NCBI GenBank assembly: GCA_963662545.2
Contig: CAXXLL010000003.1
Coordinates: forward strand, 2,272,001 to 2,336,000
Source: Gammaproteobacteria bacterium
Lineage (GTDB): Bacteria; Pseudomonadota; Gammaproteobacteria; Ga0077536
Length of the DNA stretch: 64,000 nt
Reading direction: 5' to 3'
The stretch's first letter is position 1. Each line of letters starts with the position of its first letter. Positions 9,969 to 20,954 of this stretch are shown piece after piece. The translations under genes and the position numbers were made by a program. A model generated the notes under the pieces. The model made no database searches and was not told the origin of the DNA. It was given only the letters and a program-made list of their open reading frames with translations.

Positions 9969-10907
9969 GTGAAAGGAGGATCCCCAGTGATGGTATCTAG
10001 TGACCGGACAACGAGCAAAATGGCGAGGCCCAGCGTAGGCATTGCCTTCATTGTTCGAGAAAAGTTCGGCTGGGCGCTGGCAGCCTTGAGACGAATCTAT
10101 CAATTGGTGGATACGCCTTTCACGCTCTACTTCGTCGATTGCGGATACCCGATCATCGTACGCAGGGAGATCGATGCATTTCTGGCGGGCCGGACGAACA
10201 AAGTTCACATCGCGGCCGAGCGTTTTCTGTACCCTAATGAATCGCTGAATCTGATCATTCCGCGGTTGCAGGAAGATTACCTGTGCATTATTCAGAACGA
10301 TGTACTCATCGAGCCCGGCTACATGAGCGCGATGCTTGCCACTTTCGACAAGTATGCTTGCGACATGGTGTGGCCGATGACCTTCGAGCTGCAAGGCGGC
10401 ATGCGCAAACCCCATCGCGATGAATTCACTGATACGCGAATCCGAGAAGTCGACGGCAGGCTGTTGGTCCAGGTACGCGAACCCCCACCGGCGGTGCCAC
10501 CCCCACCGGTTCGCCGGATCCAGCATTTCGAACTACATACCCTGATGCTGACGACTCGCGCGGCCAATCTCGTCTGGCCTTTCCCCGCGATCAATTCCCG
10601 TGAGCACATCGACCTTGCGGTGCACGCGTTTCGGCGCGGGATGACCGTGTACGCGAACGAAGACGCACGCGCGAGCTATGTGCTTCCACCCATCCGGGAT
10701 TACGATCAGGCGTTTTTCCGATTCCGGTGGGATTTACCGGTCGCCAAGGGCTCGCATGTGTGCGTTGCGCGTCGGTGGAATATCAATCCTTTTCCGGGTT
10801 CCTTGTACTTCGTGAAGCAGCATAATGGCTATGCGGCGCCGGACAGGGTGTTGCACGATCGACCGGAGGCCTGTGAACCAGACATATACGCACCGGAATC
10901 AGTGTGA
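9969..10907 (+). CDS. Glycosyltransferase family 2-like protein
   Basis: LYFVDCG, IIQNDV and EHIDL GT-A-like motifs; start uncertain. Confidence 0.7.
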   Translation: MKGGSPVMVSSDRTTSKMARPSVGIAFIVREKFGWALAALRRIYQLVDTPFTLYFVDCGYPIIVRREIDAFLAGRTNKVHIAAERFLYPNESLNLIIPRLQEDYLCIIQNDVLIEPGYMSAMLATFDKYACDMVWPMTFELQGGMRKPHRDEFTDTRIREVDGRLLVQVREPPPAVPPPPVRRIQHFELHTLMLTTRAANLVWPFPAINSREHIDLAVHAFRRGMTVYANEDARASYVLPPIRDYDQAFFRFRWDLPVAKGSHVCVARRWNINPFPGSLYFVKQHNGYAAPDRVLHDRPEACEPDIYAPESV

Positions 10908-11000
10908 TCACAAAAGCGGAAACCCGCTGTTGAAGTTATGGCTCGCCGGTCCTGAACTCCACTTTGGCCACGTCTTGTTCCAAAGAGAAGTGAAGAGATT

Positions 11001-12215
11001 TCAAGTCGAGTTCGTCCCGTCATTACTTGGCAACAAAGAGGTAATTGTTTCCAGGATGGAGTCCGTCAGCGTTTCTCCTCTAAACCCGCGATAAGAAGCG
11101 GCGAATTTTCGCGCCGACGCCTTATAAGTTTCCATATTGCACAGCATGTCCAGCTTCAACTCCATGCTCTTTGGTTGGCGTCTGGGCGCCGACAGGCCGG
11201 CGCCCAGACGTTCTACGTTTCGAGCTACCAGACTTTGTTCTGCGTGTAAGGGCAACAGCAGGAGTGGTATCCCGGAAAGCAGTAACTGAGTCGTAGCGCC
11301 GTGGGTCGCATTACAGATGGCAACGTCGGCAGTCCGACCTACCGCGTCCATGTCAAGCGGCCGCTGGACGAACCGCAAAGACTCCGAGGCGTATTGCCGC
11401 TCGATGTCCGGCGGAATCTTGTCACCGAAAATCAAGGTGGGATGCCTCTTGCGGTTCAGGGTGGCCAACAACATCGGCAGCGTACTGAACGGTTTCAGAT
11501 AGGCGAAAACCCCTGGCCCCGGGCATGCCGGCCATTTCGGTTCGTCTCCGGGCGGTGATTTCAGAATTCCTACGTACTTGGCGTTCGGTCGTTCAGGGTA
11601 ATGATCCATCTCGGGCAGCGTGCGTAGAAGTTTCTCATCCGCGTCAAGCAACTCTCCAAATCGCGTCAGCCCTCTGAGCTCATTGAGCTCCAGCGCCTCG
11701 TTGATGGTGCGAAGTACATTGTCTTCAAAGGCCAGCAGTTCGCTCTCGTCCTGCTGTGGGTCCTCTTCGGATTGCAGACACGGGATGGGACTAACATCCG
11801 GAGGAAGGTGAAAACCGGTGCCGATCGCAATACGTCGTGCCCGGCTGCCCCTGGCTGCCAACATGGCCGTCGGACTGTAATCGAACACCAGTAAATCGGG
11901 GTCGATCAAAGCGTAAAGATTCTTCCAGGCGGCAATCATGCTGGCCAAGCGACCTGCATCGTCATATCCGTTGTTATGCAGGATCTTGGCGTAGGTGTTA
12001 ATCGGCATGATGACATTGACGTGGCGCGGCAGGACCATCGGAGCCTGGTACCACTTCGTTTTAAAGCCTCCGAACTGGTCGTGGGCCTTGTGCAGCGACC
12101 TCAGAGCAAAACTGACCTGGTGACCCTGATCCTCGAGCTGCGATATCAGTTCGATATAGGGGGTTGTGTGTCCGGTGCCCTGACCGAGTTCCCAGGTGAA
12201 CAGTATTTTTGCCAA
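11001..12215 (-). CDS. GT-B fold glycosyltransferase (GT1/GT28-like)
   Basis: N-terminal WELGQGTGH; C-terminal ICNATHGATTQLLLSGIPLLLLPLHAEQ. Confidence 0.85.
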   Translation of the reverse strand: MAKILFTWELGQGTGHTTPYIELISQLEDQGHQVSFALRSLHKAHDQFGGFKTKWYQAPMVLPRHVNVIMPINTYAKILHNNGYDDAGRLASMIAAWKNLYALIDPDLLVFDYSPTAMLAARGSRARRIAIGTGFHLPPDVSPIPCLQSEEDPQQDESELLAFEDNVLRTINEALELNELRGLTRFGELLDADEKLLRTLPEMDHYPERPNAKYVGILKSPPGDEPKWPACPGPGVFAYLKPFSTLPMLLATLNRKRHPTLIFGDKIPPDIERQYASESLRFVQRPLDMDAVGRTADVAICNATHGATTQLLLSGIPLLLLPLHAEQSLVARNVERLGAGLSAPRRQPKSMELKLDMLCNMETYKASARKFAASYRGFRGETLTDSILETITSLLPSNDGTNST

Positions 12216-12219
12216 GCCC

Positions 12220-13596
12220 TTACTCCACAGCCATTGAGTCCGCAACCCATTTTGAGAACGCCTCATCGAGTTGCCGGGCAGCCGCTTCCCATGATTCATA
12301 TTCGGTTTGGCGAAAGATCCTCATCGATGGGTACCACGGGGTCGTATCCGCCCCGAAGGCACCCCAGCGCCAATCCGAATAATGGATCAACATTAACCAG
12401 ACCGGCACGCCGAGCGCACCTGCCTGGTGGGCCGCCGCAGTGTCGATCGTAATGATCAAGTCCAGCTCTTTCATCAGCGCGCCGGAATCATGAAAATCAT
12501 GGATTCGCGATGATAGATCGGTGATCAGCCAGTCCACTGCCAGCGCCCGCATCTGTTTTTTTTCATCGCCCAGTTGCAGGCTATAAAAAGAAACCTTGCG
12601 ATGGCGCAGTAACGGCGCGTAATACGAGAGAGGAATGGAACGATCCGGCATCGGCTTGCCCGCCCAGACCAGGCCTATTTTGAGCTGCGTCTCCCTGCGC
12701 ATTTCCAGCCCCGGTCTTTCTAGCGATGCGTCGACATCCAGGTAACTGGTGATGCGGACGTCCTCCACACTGTAGTTGAGAATCGCAGGGATGCTGGTCA
12801 CTAATTGACAGTAATCGTAATCCGGCACGGGATCTTTGTACTCAATCAACTCGATGCCCCCTCCGAGGGACCGGAATAGGCGCATGAGCTCATGCGGTGT
12901 CTGCAGAATGACTCGCGCACCCATTTCAATGAGTTTCGGCACAAAACGACTGAACTGGATGACATCACCAAAGCGTTGCTCGTAGGCGAGAAAAATCGTC
13001 TTACCCTGCAGCGGTTGACCGGTCCACTTTTCGCCGATCAATTCCGGAAACGTGGTCGTCGGATGGTGCACGCGTGCCTCGTAGTCTTCCCACGCATTCT
13101 GGTAATCCCCCAGCGTCAACCGAGCCACCGCCCGCAGCCATTGGCTGATCGCCTTGATGTCGTCCGCGTCCTCTTCGCCCGCGAGTATCGTGTCGAAATA
13201 TTCCAGGGCCTGCCTGCTTTCGTTCATTCGAAGCAGTTGCTCGCCCTTATTGAACAAGGCGTAGATATTATCTGGCTCCAGCGTCAGCGCCTTGTCGAAT
13301 GCTTCCATGCTTTCGGTCCTTCTCCCCATGTTCCTGAGACACACGCCCAGTGTGGAGTAAATACTGGCGTTATCGGCTTGGAGCGCGGCCGCTCTTTGCA
13401 ACGCGACTACCGCCGCCTCCTTGCGATCGATTTCATTTAGGAGAACGCCCGCTTTGTAATAGGCGAGCCAGTGCCGGGGGGCGTTTAGGGTAAGCCGAAT
13501 GTAGGCATCGATGGCCTGGGGGTATTGCTTGGCCTTGCGCAGGGCCTCGGCCTGTTCGAATAATTTCTCCAGTTCGGCGGTATGACTTGCGGCCAT
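12220..13596 (-). CDS. TPR-containing glycosyltransferase (GT9-like C-terminus)
   Basis: N-terminal TPRs; YEAR, EQRFGDVIQFSRF, IGLVWAG and LDLIITIDTAAAHQAGALG..W motifs. Confidence 0.88.
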   Translation of the reverse strand: MAASHTAELEKLFEQAEALRKAKQYPQAIDAYIRLTLNAPRHWLAYYKAGVLLNEIDRKEAAVVALQRAAALQADNASIYSTLGVCLRNMGRRTESMEAFDKALTLEPDNIYALFNKGEQLLRMNESRQALEYFDTILAGEEDADDIKAISQWLRAVARLTLGDYQNAWEDYEARVHHPTTTFPELIGEKWTGQPLQGKTIFLAYEQRFGDVIQFSRFVPKLIEMGARVILQTPHELMRLFRSLGGGIELIEYKDPVPDYDYCQLVTSIPAILNYSVEDVRITSYLDVDASLERPGLEMRRETQLKIGLVWAGKPMPDRSIPLSYYAPLLRHRKVSFYSLQLGDEKKQMRALAVDWLITDLSSRIHDFHDSGALMKELDLIITIDTAAAHQAGALGVPVWLMLIHYSDWRWGAFGADTTPWYPSMRIFRQTEYESWEAAARQLDEAFSKWVADSMAVE

Positions 13597-13620
13597 GAGG
13601 GTGCGCCCAGAAAATTCCTT

Positions 13621-14382
13621 CTAGAAAATGAAATACCGGCCGTAGGGCGTACCCTGAAAATGATCCTGTAATTCGGGATAGTTGACAATTTCTTCGTTCG
13701 GACGAAGGCGTGCAATCTTACGCAGATGTGGTTTCGCCTCGATCGCGTGGTCGACCCCCAGAAAAGAAAATACTCTAACCATGGTCGTAGTGAAATTCTC
13801 GCTAATATCCGTGTATTCAACATCGAGTATACGGTGTGTTTGCTCGATATCTTCGAATGCTGACAGAGTTTTTTCGAATCGCTGAAACAGGGATTTGCAT
13901 TCGTGCGGAGGCAAAACGAAGCGAGGACTCTTTTCGATGTTTTCCGGGCTATGCCAGCGGCGGGTGATCCTTGCTCGTACGTAAGAACACACGATCTCGA
14001 GCAGGTTTTCTCTCTGGGTTCGAACGATCTTGATCTCGCTACGGTCGCTGATATAACGCCAGACATCGCTGTTCGGGCCATTCAGAGCCTGGTCGTAGAG
14101 GAGCTTGAATCCAACTGCTTTAGCCGGCCTCTCGACGGCGTAAAACTCTTCGATGTAGGCGCGACCGCTTTCGTTTTGCTCACACGGACGCACAGGCTGC
14201 GTCGGCGCATTTGCGATCTTCCATCCCGCTCCCAAGGTAAGCCGTGCCGCCTCATTTTTCCGGACTCCGATCACGTCGTTGAATAATTCACCGTAAAACC
14301 GTACTTCCGGGTGCGTTATGAGCGATCCGCCGATAACCGTCGTGCCCGAGCGGGCACACCCGCTCAGTATGAAATTAACCAT
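13621..14382 (-). CDS. Stand-alone sulfotransferase (Stf0-like)
   Basis: PAPS-binding ARSGTT, HP....GELF, GFKLLY and RENLL...S motifs. Confidence 0.85.
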   Translation of the reverse strand: MVNFILSGCARSGTTVIGGSLITHPEVRFYGELFNDVIGVRKNEAARLTLGAGWKIANAPTQPVRPCEQNESGRAYIEEFYAVERPAKAVGFKLLYDQALNGPNSDVWRYISDRSEIKIVRTQRENLLEIVCSYVRARITRRWHSPENIEKSPRFVLPPHECKSLFQRFEKTLSAFEDIEQTHRILDVEYTDISENFTTTMVRVFSFLGVDHAIEAKPHLRKIARLRPNEEIVNYPELQDHFQGTPYGRYFIF

Positions 14383-14436
14383 GGGCGAAAAGTCCGTGAC
14401 TCCTGCTCGCGCGTATACGCGTCCTTGTCATCGCTT

Positions 14437-15915
14437 TCACTGACCCGGCTGCGGGCGGCGAACGGTAAACTTCTCCAGCGCCTTTGAAGGATCTGGCCGC
14501 GCAAGGATAGTTTCGAGGGCAAGCTTTACGGCGCTGATCACCCTGTTCCATGAGCGCGTATGGTCCTGTCGAAACAGGCGCACTGACCAATACCAGTCCG
14601 AGTGACAACCGTCCGGGCCCCAGCGCCAGTCGGGTGCTTTAGCCAGCAGGACCCAGGTTGGCCTGCCCAGCGTGCCTGCCAGGTGAGCGATGGCGGTATC
14701 GGACGTGATGATCAGATCGAGCGCCTGCATCTCGGCCGCGGTCTCGGCAAAGTCGCTCAGTTCAGCAGTTAGATTGACCATGTCGAAGGCATTCGCCTGC
14801 TCGGCGAGCGGCCCGGTTTGGAGTGAGAAAAATTGAGCCTGTGCGACCTCGAAGAGCGGCTCGAACGCGGCAATGGGCACGGACCTCAGAAAATTATCAC
14901 GAAACTCGAGCCGCCCGCTCCAGGCCACCCCGATCCGGAGTCTGGCCGTCGGTGCGGCGTGACGGACCTTCTCTGCCCAGCGCGCATTTGCGTCCTCGGG
15001 AATGCGTAACAATTCCCGGCAATCCGGAATATTGTGTGGTCGAGTGGCAAACAATCGGGGGAGTCCGGACAGCGTGCTGTATGCACCCGCCCGCGGAACA
15101 TCTCTCCATTGGGTATAACTCTCCGCGACGCCCGGGACTGTGTCCAGAATTCGTGCCATTGGTTCGCTGCGAACCAAAATGACTTTACCGCAGCGTTCTG
15201 ACACCAGCGGTATGTAACGGCAAAATTGAAAACAATCACCGTAACCCTGATCCGCGATCAAAAGCACGGCGTCATCGAGAGTCTTGCCGTCCCAGTGCGG
15301 AATCTTGAATTTAGGGAGAAGTGAACGGCTGCTGCGCAGGTGATACCGCGTTTCGTACTCCATCCACCCGGCGCGCCATTTTCCTCGCATGAGTAAGGCG
15401 TGCGCCAGTTCCATGTGCGCTGCGGCGAAATCCCGGTGATCAGTGACTAAATGTACCAAGGTTTGGGTCGCCGCCTCGAACTCGCACTGCTGGTAGTAGA
15501 TGCGGCTTTTCAGTAGCTGAACGTCCGGGTCCGCCCGGCGCTCAGGATCTATTTCGCCGAATGCGGCCTGTGCATCTTCGATGCGACCTATCTTCAGGAG
15601 GTCCGACGAATAGGACACCCATAACGCTTTGTTCCCCGGTCTCAGGCGCGTTGCCTTGTGCATGAGTTCGACGGCCGCAAGGCAGTTATTCAATTGGCGC
15701 TGGACCATTGCCGCGAGGGCCAGTATTTCGACGTCGTCGGGCGCCGATGAAAGGAGCCGATCGCTCAATGGCAATGCGTCATCGAGACTGCGGGCTTGTA
15801 TCAACTGGCGAAGCCGGATCCGATCCTGAGAATCCACAAGCTGCCCCGTGGCCACGGACGCACCGTCTTGTGTTGCCGCGTCCCCGGACGACGCGTGGGA
15901 TTTTAAGGCAACCAT
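14437..15915 (-). CDS. TPR-containing glycosyltransferase (GT9-like C-terminus)
   Basis: TPRs; YETR, DQGYGDCFQFCRY, IGVAWSG and LDLIITSDTAIAHLAGTLG..W..PDWRW motifs. Confidence 0.88.
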   Translation of the reverse strand: MVALKSHASSGDAATQDGASVATGQLVDSQDRIRLRQLIQARSLDDALPLSDRLLSSAPDDVEILALAAMVQRQLNNCLAAVELMHKATRLRPGNKALWVSYSSDLLKIGRIEDAQAAFGEIDPERRADPDVQLLKSRIYYQQCEFEAATQTLVHLVTDHRDFAAAHMELAHALLMRGKWRAGWMEYETRYHLRSSRSLLPKFKIPHWDGKTLDDAVLLIADQGYGDCFQFCRYIPLVSERCGKVILVRSEPMARILDTVPGVAESYTQWRDVPRAGAYSTLSGLPRLFATRPHNIPDCRELLRIPEDANARWAEKVRHAAPTARLRIGVAWSGRLEFRDNFLRSVPIAAFEPLFEVAQAQFFSLQTGPLAEQANAFDMVNLTAELSDFAETAAEMQALDLIITSDTAIAHLAGTLGRPTWVLLAKAPDWRWGPDGCHSDWYWSVRLFRQDHTRSWNRVISAVKLALETILARPDPSKALEKFTVRRPQPGQ

Positions 15916-16739
15916 AGCTTGGCCAGCTCCGGCCAGTCCCGCACCCAGCAACACGAATGATCAAATGCTTCGATGCGCTTGACCTGCGGCTGGTGAGATG
16001 CGGGAAACCGCGCGCGATAGCTGTTGGCCGTTGCCTCGGTAACGTTTTTATCCTTACCGCCGATCAGGTGAAGCTGTGGAAGATCAAGCAGTGACGATGC
16101 GAAATCGGCGGGGTTCAGCGAATCGTGCAGCGGTGTGATTTGATGCTCGCGGGTCCAGCTTTGATGATCGAGCATGCCGGCCACCGTAACCAGTTGAATC
16201 ACATCGTCTCGCCGCGCCGCCAGCAACGCGGCAACGGCACCCCCTCCGGAGTAACCGACCAGTCGAAGCTTATCTGCGCCAAACATTGCCATGAGCGCAT
16301 CCAGCGCCTGGCTGCTCGCCTCGACGACATCGCCGGAATATCTTCCGGCCGTCCAAACGTGCTTTTCGCACCCGTTCCGATCGGTATCCGCTATGAACTG
16401 GCACGGGCGGGCGAGGTAGGCCACGGCGCCATAGGGGTGTCGCATCGCAAGCTCTAAGCCGACCGGGTTGATCGGGGTCGGGTCACCGGAGGAGCGGCTC
16501 CCACTGATCCAGGCCAAGCCGTCACCCTCGATATAGACGGTCAGCGTTTTCGCGCGCTGCGGTGCCTGAGGCAAAAAACCTGTGAGGATGAACGGTTCGG
16601 TCTTTAGGCGCACTGATTTCCACTCAGCGGTATGGGCAAGATTCAAGGCGTGGTCGTGGCGCGACTGGCTGGATGGTACGAGGTGCGTACAGCTTGCGAC
16701 AGCGGTTATAAACAATGCAGACAGCGTTCCCCGCAACAT
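15903..16739 (-). CDS. Lipoprotein alpha/beta hydrolase
   Basis: Lipobox VAS-C; YIEGDG; nucleophile GYSGG; D and H candidates (GGKD, DHSCCW). Confidence 0.85.
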   Translation of the reverse strand: MLRGTLSALFITAVASCTHLVPSSQSRHDHALNLAHTAEWKSVRLKTEPFILTGFLPQAPQRAKTLTVYIEGDGLAWISGSRSSGDPTPINPVGLELAMRHPYGAVAYLARPCQFIADTDRNGCEKHVWTAGRYSGDVVEASSQALDALMAMFGADKLRLVGYSGGGAVAALLAARRDDVIQLVTVAGMLDHQSWTREHQITPLHDSLNPADFASSLLDLPQLHLIGGKDKNVTEATANSYRARFPASHQPQVKRIEAFDHSCCWVRDWPELAKLWLP

Positions 16740-16755
16740 CGCAATGACCGGCGCG

Positions 16756-18906
16756 CTAGTCGACCGGCGCAAGCTCGCCCAGAGCATCGATCAAGGGTCC
16801 AAGAAACTTTTCATAACATCGCCAGCGCTCTATCGATGAGGTATAGATCGGTTCGCGCACCTGCGTAACGCTGGCGGTCCGGATAGCGCGCTTGGTCTTA
16901 TGGGGTTCCAGGCAGGCATCGTCCCATTCCAGGCCGCAGTAATCGATCAGTCGCCGTGTCGGTGTTTCATTGTCGGAAACCAGCTCCTCGTAGTGCAGGT
17001 CCAGAAATGCACCCTCGGGGAGAACGCTGCGCCAGTGGTCCATGACCTCAACGTACTTTCGGTAATATGAACCCAGTTCCACCAGATCGTAGGTATGATC
17101 CTGGCCGCTGTGAAACAAGCGATTGAAACAAGACAGGCAGGTATCCAGCGGATTGCGCCGCATATGGATGATCCGCGCATTCGGTAACATCAGGTGAATC
17201 AAGCCAAGCAGCAGGAAGTTCGCCGGCATCTTGTCAGTAATCCTGACCGCATCCGGCGCTCTTTGTCGGAGGCCTTTGATGTAAGACTCGCCCCAGGCCG
17301 CGAGATGTTCGTGATTCAAATCCTTGAAATTGTCGCCAAAGGACACGTCGACCGAATCTGCGCTGGTTGACATCGATCCGATGTTCAGCAGGTCATAAAG
17401 CTCGCCGGCACCGTACACCGCGGGATGGCTGGCGATGATCTGCTCGGTCAGGGTGGTGCCCGAACGCGGCATGCCGAGTATGAAGATGGGGACATCGGAC
17501 GGGTTGTCGTGACCGCTCAGCACCTCGATCCGGGACCGATTCATTTGCGCCATGACATTGTCGAACAAGCGCATCTTTTCTTCATGGTCGTAGCCGTTGC
17601 TCGCACGCTTCGAGCGACAGCCTTGCGCATAATGCTCGAAGGCCTTGTCGTAATCCTTTATATCCTCGTAACACTTTCCGAGCGCGAAGTGCAGGAAGGT
17701 CGTTTTGTCTTCGGGCAGATGCGCAGCGTGCTTCATTTCTTCTACCAGGGCCGCCAGATTATCGTCGCCGGTACGAGTTTTTCTGACCTGGGTGATATAG
17801 AAACGTGACGCCAACGGTTCGCTGCTGACCGCGAGTGAATGGACGAAGAGGTCTTCGGCCTCCGCGAGCCTGCCCGCCTCCATGTAGAGAATGCCCTTGC
17901 CGAGCAGCGCGCTACCGAGCGCCGGGTCGAGCGCCAACGCCTTGTCGAAGCTCTCCACGGACAGGTCGAAGTAACCCATGCGGCTGTGGACCTGCCCCAG
18001 CGTGCTGTGGACTTCGGCCTTTTCCGGAGCGATACGTACGGCGGTCGTGGCCGCCTGCACCGCCTTATCCAGTTCGTTCTTTTCCTGAAAGACGCGCGCC
18101 AGGCCTTGATGAGCCTCGGCGTAATCGGGCCGGAGTTCTATCGCGCGCAGGAACATCGGCTCTGCGAGGTCGAACTGTTCGAGCGCATTTCGGGCGAAGC
18201 CCAGGTTGCAAAGCGCGTCACTGTAATTCGAATTGAGCTGCAGCGCCGCCTCCAGTATGGGTATGGCTTCCGCCGCGCGCTCATCCTGCACCAGCACGGT
18301 ACCGAGATTATTCAGTGGCTCGGTGTAATTCGGATCGGCGACGATGGCCTGCCGGTAATAGTCGATTGCAGCTTTCAGGTCCTTGCGTTCACGACAGATA
18401 CTGCCCAGGTTGTTCAGCGCCGGGGCCAGATCGGGTTTGAGATCCAAGGCTCGCTTTTGGTGTATCTCGGCTGCATCGAAATCCTGCTTGTCGTAGTAGG
18501 CAATGCCCAGATTGCTATGCGCGCCGAAAGAATCAGGGGCCAGGGCGACCGCCCTTTCCCCGTGTTCGATCGCCTCATCCAGGCGGCCGCCTTGACGGCA
18601 CAGCTCGGTGTAGTTGACCAGAAACGGTACGTTCGTCCCGTCACCGGCGATGGCCCTACGGACGCAATCCAGAGCCGTGTCGATCTTGCCGACCTTGTGC
18701 GCGATGATACCCAGCAGGTGCAACGCGTGGGGCTGATTGGGGTGCTTGGCAAGGATTTGCCTGAGTGATACCTCGGCCTGTTGCAGTCGGCCCGCACCCT
18801 GATCACGGTTGGCCCGTTGCAGTGCCTCCGCCAAGCTCATCTGCCCGGGTTGCGTGTGCGCGACGAAGGGTTCTGTGGCCACTGCTTTTCTTGGTTTTTT
18901 CGGCAT
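16756..18906 (-). CDS. TPR-containing sulfotransferase
   Basis: About 10 TPRs, then PIFILGMPRSGTTLTEQI, TDKMPAN, RRNPLD..LS and TASVTQVR. Confidence 0.93.
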   Translation of the reverse strand: MPKKPRKAVATEPFVAHTQPGQMSLAEALQRANRDQGAGRLQQAEVSLRQILAKHPNQPHALHLLGIIAHKVGKIDTALDCVRRAIAGDGTNVPFLVNYTELCRQGGRLDEAIEHGERAVALAPDSFGAHSNLGIAYYDKQDFDAAEIHQKRALDLKPDLAPALNNLGSICRERKDLKAAIDYYRQAIVADPNYTEPLNNLGTVLVQDERAAEAIPILEAALQLNSNYSDALCNLGFARNALEQFDLAEPMFLRAIELRPDYAEAHQGLARVFQEKNELDKAVQAATTAVRIAPEKAEVHSTLGQVHSRMGYFDLSVESFDKALALDPALGSALLGKGILYMEAGRLAEAEDLFVHSLAVSSEPLASRFYITQVRKTRTGDDNLAALVEEMKHAAHLPEDKTTFLHFALGKCYEDIKDYDKAFEHYAQGCRSKRASNGYDHEEKMRLFDNVMAQMNRSRIEVLSGHDNPSDVPIFILGMPRSGTTLTEQIIASHPAVYGAGELYDLLNIGSMSTSADSVDVSFGDNFKDLNHEHLAAWGESYIKGLRQRAPDAVRITDKMPANFLLLGLIHLMLPNARIIHMRRNPLDTCLSCFNRLFHSGQDHTYDLVELGSYYRKYVEVMDHWRSVLPEGAFLDLHYEELVSDNETPTRRLIDYCGLEWDDACLEPHKTKRAIRTASVTQVREPIYTSSIERWRCYEKFLGPLIDALGELAPVD

Positions 18907-18936
18907 GGTTCTGCGTCGTCGGCACTCGATTTGAAA

Positions 18937-20614
18937 TCACGAACCGTAGGGCTTGCTATGGTCGCGATAGGCTTCGACCATCGCGAGCAGGGGCGCCAGA
19001 TGCGTTTCGCCAAAACGTTTCCAGCGGGCGAGCGAGCTCGTGTAGATCGGTTGGCGAACCTGAGCCACGCTGGCCGTTTTGACCTTCCTTTCGCTCTTGT
19101 AGAATTCCAGGCAGGCATCGTCCCAGGGCAGACCGATATATTCCAGCATGCGCCGGGCCTCCTTCCCGGTGTCCGCCACGACGTCCTCGTAGCACACATC
19201 GAGGATGGTGCCTGCGGGCAGGACCTCGTGCCAGTGCCGCATCAGCCTGATATAGCGAACGTAAAAACGGCCGATGCATTCGAGATCGTAGGCGAAGCCC
19301 ATGGTCTCGTTGAACAGTTTGGCATAGCAGGAGAAGCACGAATCCATCGGATCGCGCATCGAATGGATGATCCGCGAGTGCGGGAACATCAGGTAGATCA
19401 TACCGATATAGAAAAAGTTGGCGGGGCTCTTGTCGGTGATGTAGCGGTGGTGCGGCGCATGCTGCCAGACGCGATCGAGGTACTCACGGGCCAGGACTTC
19501 GATATCGTCCATGCTCAGCGCAGGAAGCGGGTCGGTAAAGGGACTCCCCGGCGCGGCCCCGGGGGCGCCCATGATCACTTCATTCAGGTCACCCAGTTCG
19601 CCGGCGCCATGCACTGCAGGGTGACTGGCAAGGATCTGCTCGATCAGGGTCGTGCCGGAACGCGGCATGCCGAGGATAAAGATCGGCGTGCGTTCATCTG
19701 CACCTGCTTGTCGCCGTTCGTCAAAGAAACGGGTGTCGAACAAGGCCATGACACGTTCGGCCCGATCGTCGGCCTGCGCTTCATTCTGAGGAATCAGCGC
19801 GTGCTGCTTGCGGTTGCCTTCGACATAGGCTGCGAAAGCACGGTCGTACTGGCCGATGTCCTCGCGCGCCTTGCCCAGCGCGAAATAGTAACGAATGCCC
19901 GTTTCTGAATCCGCCTCCGGTGGATTGGAACTCATCGATTCGAGTGCCGTCAGGTGCGGATCGTTGGGCTCATAGGTCTTGAGCGACGACAAATTGTAGT
20001 GCGCGCTGACGAAGTCGGGCCGGGCTGCGATGGCGGCTTCGAAACAGACAACGGCCTCGTCGAGGCGACCGTCAGCACTGTAAACGGCGCCCAGGTTATT
20101 CTGTGCTTCGGCGTTGGCGGCGACCGTAGGCAGCTTCCGAGCCGGCTTTGTCATCCAGATGCTCGAGAACGGCACCGAGGTTGTTCCACGCCTCCGCGTG
20201 CTCGGGCTTAAGTTCGAGAGCGCGCTCGCAGGATGTTTTGGCCTGCGCGTAATCCTTATTGTCGACGCAAGCGAGACCTAGATTGTAGTGCGCCGTCGCG
20301 TCGTCCGGTTTGAGCTCCGTGGCCAAGCGGCCGGCGGTAATGGCTCGTTCCAGTTGGCCGAGCCGGCGAAACAATTCGCCGATGTTGCGGTGATAGATGG
20401 ATACCTTGCCATCGATTTCGATCGCGCGGGCGATCATATCTGCGGCCAGCGGTAAGTTGTCCGCGCGTAGAGCCATCAGCCCGAGTGCATGATAGGCGGG
20501 ATGAAAGTCGGGCGCCTGGGCCACGATCTGACGGTAGCGCGCTTCTGCTTCCGCCGGCTTTCCGGCGAAGCGCAGCCGATCGGCCGCTGCCATCGCCTGG
20601 GCAGGTGTCATCAT
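18937..20614 (-). pseudogene. Second TPR-containing sulfotransferase, frameshifted near 20120
   Basis: TPR ORF 20096-20614 and TPR-sulfotransferase ORF 18937-20175 overlap in different frames; a TPR is shortened at the junction; GMPRSGTT is intact. Confidence 0.8.
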
Positions 20615-20698
20615 GCGGAACAGGCCTTCAACATTCTCCAAGCCGGGGGCAGATGCTACCCAAATGCAGGGGCGATGTAGAGTTGGCTCGCACGGTCG

Positions 20699-20741
20699 GC
20701 TAGCCCGCCTATTGCATGAAGCGTGCAATAGGCGGGCTAGC
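20699..20741. repeat. Perfect 18-bp inverted repeat (REP-like or regulatory hairpin)
   Basis: gctagcccgcctattgca-N7-tgcaataggcgggctagc. Confidence 0.75.
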
Positions 20742-20832
20742 GGTCCAGCGCGGCGGAATATCGAACAAAATGATTGCGTTAGTTTCGTCGTTCATGCGAC
20801 TATTGCGGGTGGTATTGTGGTGTAAAAGTACA

Positions 20833-20874
20833 AAACAACAGACGGTTCCAGACGATTCCAGTAGTCTGTTGTTT
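20833..20874. promoter_or_regulatory. AT-rich inverted repeat in the divergent intergenic region
   Basis: aaacaacagac-N20-gtctgttgttt, extendable with one indel. Confidence 0.45.
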
Positions 20875-20954
20875 ATACTGAGAAAAATACCACTGACAGA
20901 ACGTGCCGACGGACCAGAACCGAAGAGGGCCGCGGTGTGCGCCAGTCTTAGCAG

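Noticed and set aside
17839-19908. Plus-strand ORFs of 309 aa and 375 aa
   Set aside because: Antisense shadows of the TPR-sulfotransferases; no motifs
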